DNA of 64,000 bases, taken from the NCBI GenBank assembly GCA_963822465.1, contig CAWGHP010000010.1:284149-348148 (forward strand), given 5' to 3'. The translations under genes were made by a program, and so were the position numbers. Every line of letters begins with the position of its first letter. Within the stretch, counting starts at the first letter, position 1. Of this stretch, positions 60,540 through 64,000 are shown piece after piece. A model generated the notes under the pieces. It was given only the letters and a program-made list of their open reading frames with translations, did not search any database and was not told the DNA's origin. The DNA comes from an uncultured Gammaproteobacteria bacterium. GTDB lineage: Bacteria > Pseudomonadota > Gammaproteobacteria > Xanthomonadales > Rhodanobacteraceae.

Positions 60540-61580
60540 ATGCGCTCGATAACAGCGGTAGCGATTGTCACTATCGGATGCCTTGTGGCCGCTCCGGCCT
60601 ATTCACAATCCGCGTTGATGAAACAGGCGCAGGGTTTGTTCAAGCCGATACCTGCCAAGGCACCTCCACTTCCGGGCAATGCATCGACACCGGCCAAGGT
60701 GAGTCTCGGCAAGATGCTCTACTTTGAGCCGCGACTCTCCGAAAGCCACTCGATAAGCTGCAACTCCTGCCACATGATTGGAATGGGCGGCGTCGATGTC
60801 CAGGAAACTTCACTCGGCCACCGCTGGCAGCACGGCGGTCGCAATTCACCTACGGTCTACAACGCGGTGTTCGATATCGCGCAGTTCTGGGATGGCCGGG
60901 CAAAGGATCTTGAGCAACAGGCAGGAGGTCCGCTGGTCAACCCGGTCGAAATGGATACAACCGAGGTACATGTCGTCGAACAGCTCAAGGGCATTCCGGG
61001 CTATTCGGCATTTTTTGGCAAGGCCTTTCCCGGCGAATCCGATCCGATCACTTTTGACAACGTGCGCAAGGCGATTGCGGTATTCGAGGCGACCCTGATT
61101 ACGCCGAATGCGCCGCTTGATCGCTATCTCAAGGGTGACGAGAAAGCACTTGGAGCAAACCAGAAGGCAGGTCTGGAGTTGTTCATAAGCAAGGGCTGTG
61201 CGGCATGCCATAACGGAATCAATATTGGCGGTGGCATGTACGCTCCGTTTGGAGTGGTGGAGCGGCCCGGTGCCGACATCCTGCCACCCGGTGACAAGGG
61301 ACGCTTCGAAGTCACCAAGACCGTCAGCGACGAGTATGTGTTCCGGGTACCGCCACTACGCAACATCGCTTTGACAGCGCCCTACTTCCATACGGGCAAG
61401 GTCTGGGATCTTCGCCAGGCCGTGGCGATCATGGGCAGCAGCCAGCTGGGTGCAAAGCTTGGCGACGATGAAGTCGAAAAGATCGAATCATTCCTCGGCG
61501 CGCTGACCGGAGACCAGCCGAGTGTGACGCTGCCGATCCTTCCTCCCAGCGTTGCCACTACACCTCGCCCGAAACCCTAG
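60540..61580 (+). CDS. dihaem cytochrome c peroxidase (CCP/MauG family)
   Basis: 346 aa with a signal peptide. Haem motifs are CNSCH and CAACH. Also present are FWDGRA and PPLRNIALTAPYFHTG. Third codon positions are visibly more A/T than in flanking genes. Confidence 0.9.
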   Translation: MRSITAVAIVTIGCLVAAPAYSQSALMKQAQGLFKPIPAKAPPLPGNASTPAKVSLGKMLYFEPRLSESHSISCNSCHMIGMGGVDVQETSLGHRWQHGGRNSPTVYNAVFDIAQFWDGRAKDLEQQAGGPLVNPVEMDTTEVHVVEQLKGIPGYSAFFGKAFPGESDPITFDNVRKAIAVFEATLITPNAPLDRYLKGDEKALGANQKAGLELFISKGCAACHNGINIGGGMYAPFGVVERPGADILPPGDKGRFEVTKTVSDEYVFRVPPLRNIALTAPYFHTGKVWDLRQAVAIMGSSQLGAKLGDDEVEKIESFLGALTGDQPSVTLPILPPSVATTPRPKP

Positions 61581-61940
61581 AACACCCCGGGTCTGTGCGA
61601 TGGGCGGCAAGCGGGACAGATGACAATTGGCCGGCACATGGAGGCGCTGGCCATTTGGTGAGGATCCACACAGGCGCAGCATCGGCAAGGTCGTCGGGAG
61701 ATGCGCCGTTCTCCGGTTGATATGTCGACTGCCGTACTTGCCGGTTCCGCCTGCATTGTGATTGTTGAGGATCCACAGGTTCCAGGAGCGCCCAGCGTCT
61801 GCATGCGGAGCGTGCATTCCTGAATCGCCAGGAGGTTCCGCGTGCCTGGTTCCGTCTGGTCAGCGCACGGACCGGCTACGCATCGACGCGCTGCTCGCAT
61901 ACTTCGGCAAATGCCGATCGCGTCGTATGCACCTGTCCGC

Positions 61941-62639
61941 CTAGGGACTCTTGCATTCATAGCCGAAAGCCTCGATTACCGCGCAGTCGCGCCGGGCGAC
62001 GAGGGCACTCAGTTCGGCGTCGTAGTGCCCTGCGGCTTCACCATGCCGCGAACGGTTGCGTGGAGGTTCATGCTGGATGAACTCGCGCAGGGGCTGCGGA
62101 ATCGGCGTGCCGAGGCCCGAGAGGAAATCGAGCAGGTCGGCGCGCAGGTTTTCGACGCGGCCAACGACCGCCGGTACGTTGCCACCGCCATACATGTAAT
62201 CGAAGAGATAGCTGTAAAAGCCCTTCCCGCTGTTGCGGATCGGCGCCAGCGCGAACCCCGGCAGGTTCAGTCCCTGGTTGCCGTAGCTCGCCGGCAATCG
62301 CGCGACCAGATCGTCCAACTTGTCGCTGCCGCTGCCGAGTTCGAGCAGGTTGCGGATCGTGCCGGAAAAGCCGAGGGTGCGATCCTCGCTGACGCAGCGG
62401 AACAGGGCATTCGGCTGCGCCATCTGCGACTGGAAGCTGTACCAGGAGACGTAGTAACTCCAGGGATTTCGCACGAAGCCGAGAACGGGGAGTGAGGCAA
62501 GCTCCGGCGGAATCAGGCTGCGCGGCAGGTGGTAGCCGAGCTGGCGTGCATCCGGGAAAAAACGCAGCAGGCATTCATTGACAAACGTGCCGCCTGATTT
62601 GTGCAGGTGGATGTAGATGAAGCGACGGGTCGCGATCAT
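61941..62639 (-). CDS. sulfotransferase (family-2-like)
   Basis: 232 aa with IYIHLHKSGGTFV (PAPS loop-like HxxKxGGT) and FVRNPWSYYVSWY. ATG overlaps the stop of the upstream hydroxylase gene (ATGA at 62636-62639). Confidence 0.75.
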   Translation of the reverse strand: MIATRRFIYIHLHKSGGTFVNECLLRFFPDARQLGYHLPRSLIPPELASLPVLGFVRNPWSYYVSWYSFQSQMAQPNALFRCVSEDRTLGFSGTIRNLLELGSGSDKLDDLVARLPASYGNQGLNLPGFALAPIRNSGKGFYSYLFDYMYGGGNVPAVVGRVENLRADLLDFLSGLGTPIPQPLREFIQHEPPRNRSRHGEAAGHYDAELSALVARRDCAVIEAFGYECKSP

Positions 62640-63292
62640 GCCCGACGCGCGAGTGGCCGCTCGGCGAAGAGGCGCGCTTCGATGTCCGCATTGCGTTCGC
62701 CGAGGCCACGCTCGGCTGATCCAAGCAGGTCTCCCAGCGCCGGACTTGGCAGGAAATCGCAGATCAAATGGGTTCGTGATTCCTGCTCATCGGCATTGAC
62801 GACGCCATGCACGGCACTGTTGTTGAGCGCCCAGACCTCGCCCGGGCGCATCCGGTAGCACTGTCCAGCACAATACATCCAGGCGTTTTCGTTGCTGGTG
62901 ATCGGAATGTGCACACGGATGGTCTTGCTGAAATAGTCGGCCTGGTCGATATGTGGAGCGATGATTGCACCCGGTGGCAGCAACGCGACCAGGCAGCGCA
63001 TCGGCTGGGCAGGGATCCGCTGTTCGATCAACTCGCGCACATAAGGTAGATGAGGCAGTGCCTCACGTTCCTCGATCGGCAGATTGCCGTCTGCGGGCGC
63101 GTGTCCGCGCAGAAAGATCGCCTGCGCCGGACTGTGCACGCCGACGCGTCCGCCGCTCTGTCCCCAGAATGTCATCGGCAGGCTCGAAACTTCCGCTTGC
63201 AGGCGATGAATGTCGATGGAGATGCCCAAACGCGCGCAACCGCCGATCAGGGCGACCTTGTCGAGAACGGGCTGGTCGGGAAGGTACAGCAT
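62636..63292 (-). CDS. Asp/Asn beta-hydroxylase-type cupin protein
   Basis: 218 aa with IIAPHIDQAD (HxD), RVHIPITS, GEVWALN and RTHLICD. It is collinear with the N-terminal half of 57488..59395. Confidence 0.78.
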   Translation of the reverse strand: MLYLPDQPVLDKVALIGGCARLGISIDIHRLQAEVSSLPMTFWGQSGGRVGVHSPAQAIFLRGHAPADGNLPIEEREALPHLPYVRELIEQRIPAQPMRCLVALLPPGAIIAPHIDQADYFSKTIRVHIPITSNENAWMYCAGQCYRMRPGEVWALNNSAVHGVVNADEQESRTHLICDFLPSPALGDLLGSAERGLGERNADIEARLFAERPLARRA

Positions 63293-63419
63293 GTGGCGCC
63301 TGCTTCGGCCTCTTCTGGATGACCGATTCTATCGCATCGTCCTGGTCCGGGCGTGTCCGGCCGGGCGCCTGCGACAGGTGGATGGTTGTGGGATATGGAA
63401 TGCCGGTTAGACTCCTGCA

Positions 63420-64000
63420 ATGCGCTATCAGTTCGATCCTTTCATTTTCGACGCGGACAATGCACAGCTCAGCGGACCGGGTGGCGAAATCGCGTTGCGA
63501 CCGATCACCTTGCTCGTCCTGAAGTGCCTGATCGAGAATGCACAACGCCTTGTCAGCCACGAAGAATTGCTCGACCACGCCTGGGGGCGTCAGGCGGTCA
63601 GCATCGGCGTGGTTTCGCAGTCGATTCGCGAGCTGCGCCAGGCCCTGGGCGACTCCGCACGCAACTCGACGTTCATTGAAACCAAGCACAAGCTTGGCTA
63701 TCGCTTCCTCGTGCAGCCGCGGGTGTTGGTCGATGAGGAGCAGGCGCCCCACACGGGCGCGCCCGTTACCGCGCTCGCGGACGGATCCGTGCAGGCCCGG
63801 ACTCATCTGTCTCGTCCGCCGTTGTTGCCAAAGTGGGTGGCCGTGGCCTCGACGGGTGCTGTCCTGCTCCTGGGCGTCCTGGGTTGGGCATGGCTCCCGA
63901 TGTCGCGGCATGCCGCCACGGAACAAGCGCAGCAGCAGCCTGCCGTCGAGGTCCTGCATGAAGGCCGGCCACAGGAGCCGCAGGCTCTGGCCTGGTATGT
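63420..64000 (+). CDS. ToxR/CadC-like membrane-anchored winged-helix transcriptional regulator (3-prime end beyond the window)
   Basis: Not in the ORF track because it runs off the edge. My own translation gives MRYQFDPFIFDADNAQLSGPGGEIALRPITLLVLKCLIENAQRLVSHEELLDHAWGRQAVSIGVVSQSIRELRQALGD...KLGYRFLV, followed by a TM segment WVAVASTGAVLLLGVLGWAWL. Confidence 0.75.
   Translation, partial: MRYQFDPFIFDADNAQLSGPGGEIALRPITLLVLKCLIENAQRLVSHEELLDHAWGRQAVSIGVVSQSIRELRQALGDSARNSTFIETKHKLGYRFLVQPRVLVDEEQAPHTGAPVTALADGSVQARTHLSRPPLLPKWVAVASTGAVLLLGVLGWAWLPMSRHAATEQAQQQPAVEVLHEGRPQEPQALAWY

Noticed and set aside
61577-61960. Cys-rich 127-aa or 75-aa minus-strand ORF downstream of the sulfotransferase, considered as a modified-peptide precursor.
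   Set aside because: It has no RBS and overlaps the sulfotransferase 3-prime end. Its composition is compatible with an off-frame reading of GC-rich DNA. It is kept only as a place to look (see the finding on 60370-63420), not as a feature.

Overview
This is a high-GC proteobacterial chromosome segment. Gene content and synteny suggest a Xanthomonadales-like gammaproteobacterium (inference only): rpsU-yqeY-dnaG, tsaD-folB, pilT opposite yggS-proC-yggT, aroK-aroB-WGR-SPOR-hemE, thrA-thrB-thrC, and thiC behind a TPP riboswitch. I support about 55 protein genes. Two run off the window edges and are absent from the ORF track (1..841 minus, 63420..64000 plus). I also support a TPP riboswitch, a candidate thr leader peptide, three terminators and several repeat families. 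Many long ORFs in the track (for example 851..4012-, 7882..9915-, 23550..25373-, 55211..58474-) are Arg/Ala/Gly/Pro-rich antisense shadows of real genes and are not called. Most of the window is housekeeping. The parts worth a second look are listed here. (1) 13.2-18.4 kb: a translationally coupled cassette of response regulator, coiled-coil protein, Roadblock-like/TM/OmpA-like protein, Ras-like small GTPase and hybrid histidine kinase. (2) 25.3-33.8 kb: three tandem giant secreted proteins with shuffled modules that all end in the same short tail, hydrophobic-x-DGF[DE]-x-P. (3) 57.5-63.3 kb: an Asp/Asn beta-hydroxylase-type cupin is paired with a sulfotransferase twice, once fused and once as overlapping genes inside a lower-GC patch. 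(4) 4.6-7.2 kb: an operon of Tat-exported flavin amine oxidase, c-type cytochrome and exported RidA. Smaller items are an orphan minimal exosortase, an in-frame palindromic insert in dnaG, and tandem repeats of 222 bp and 82 bp. All family assignments come from motif recognition by eye; no searches or computations were run.
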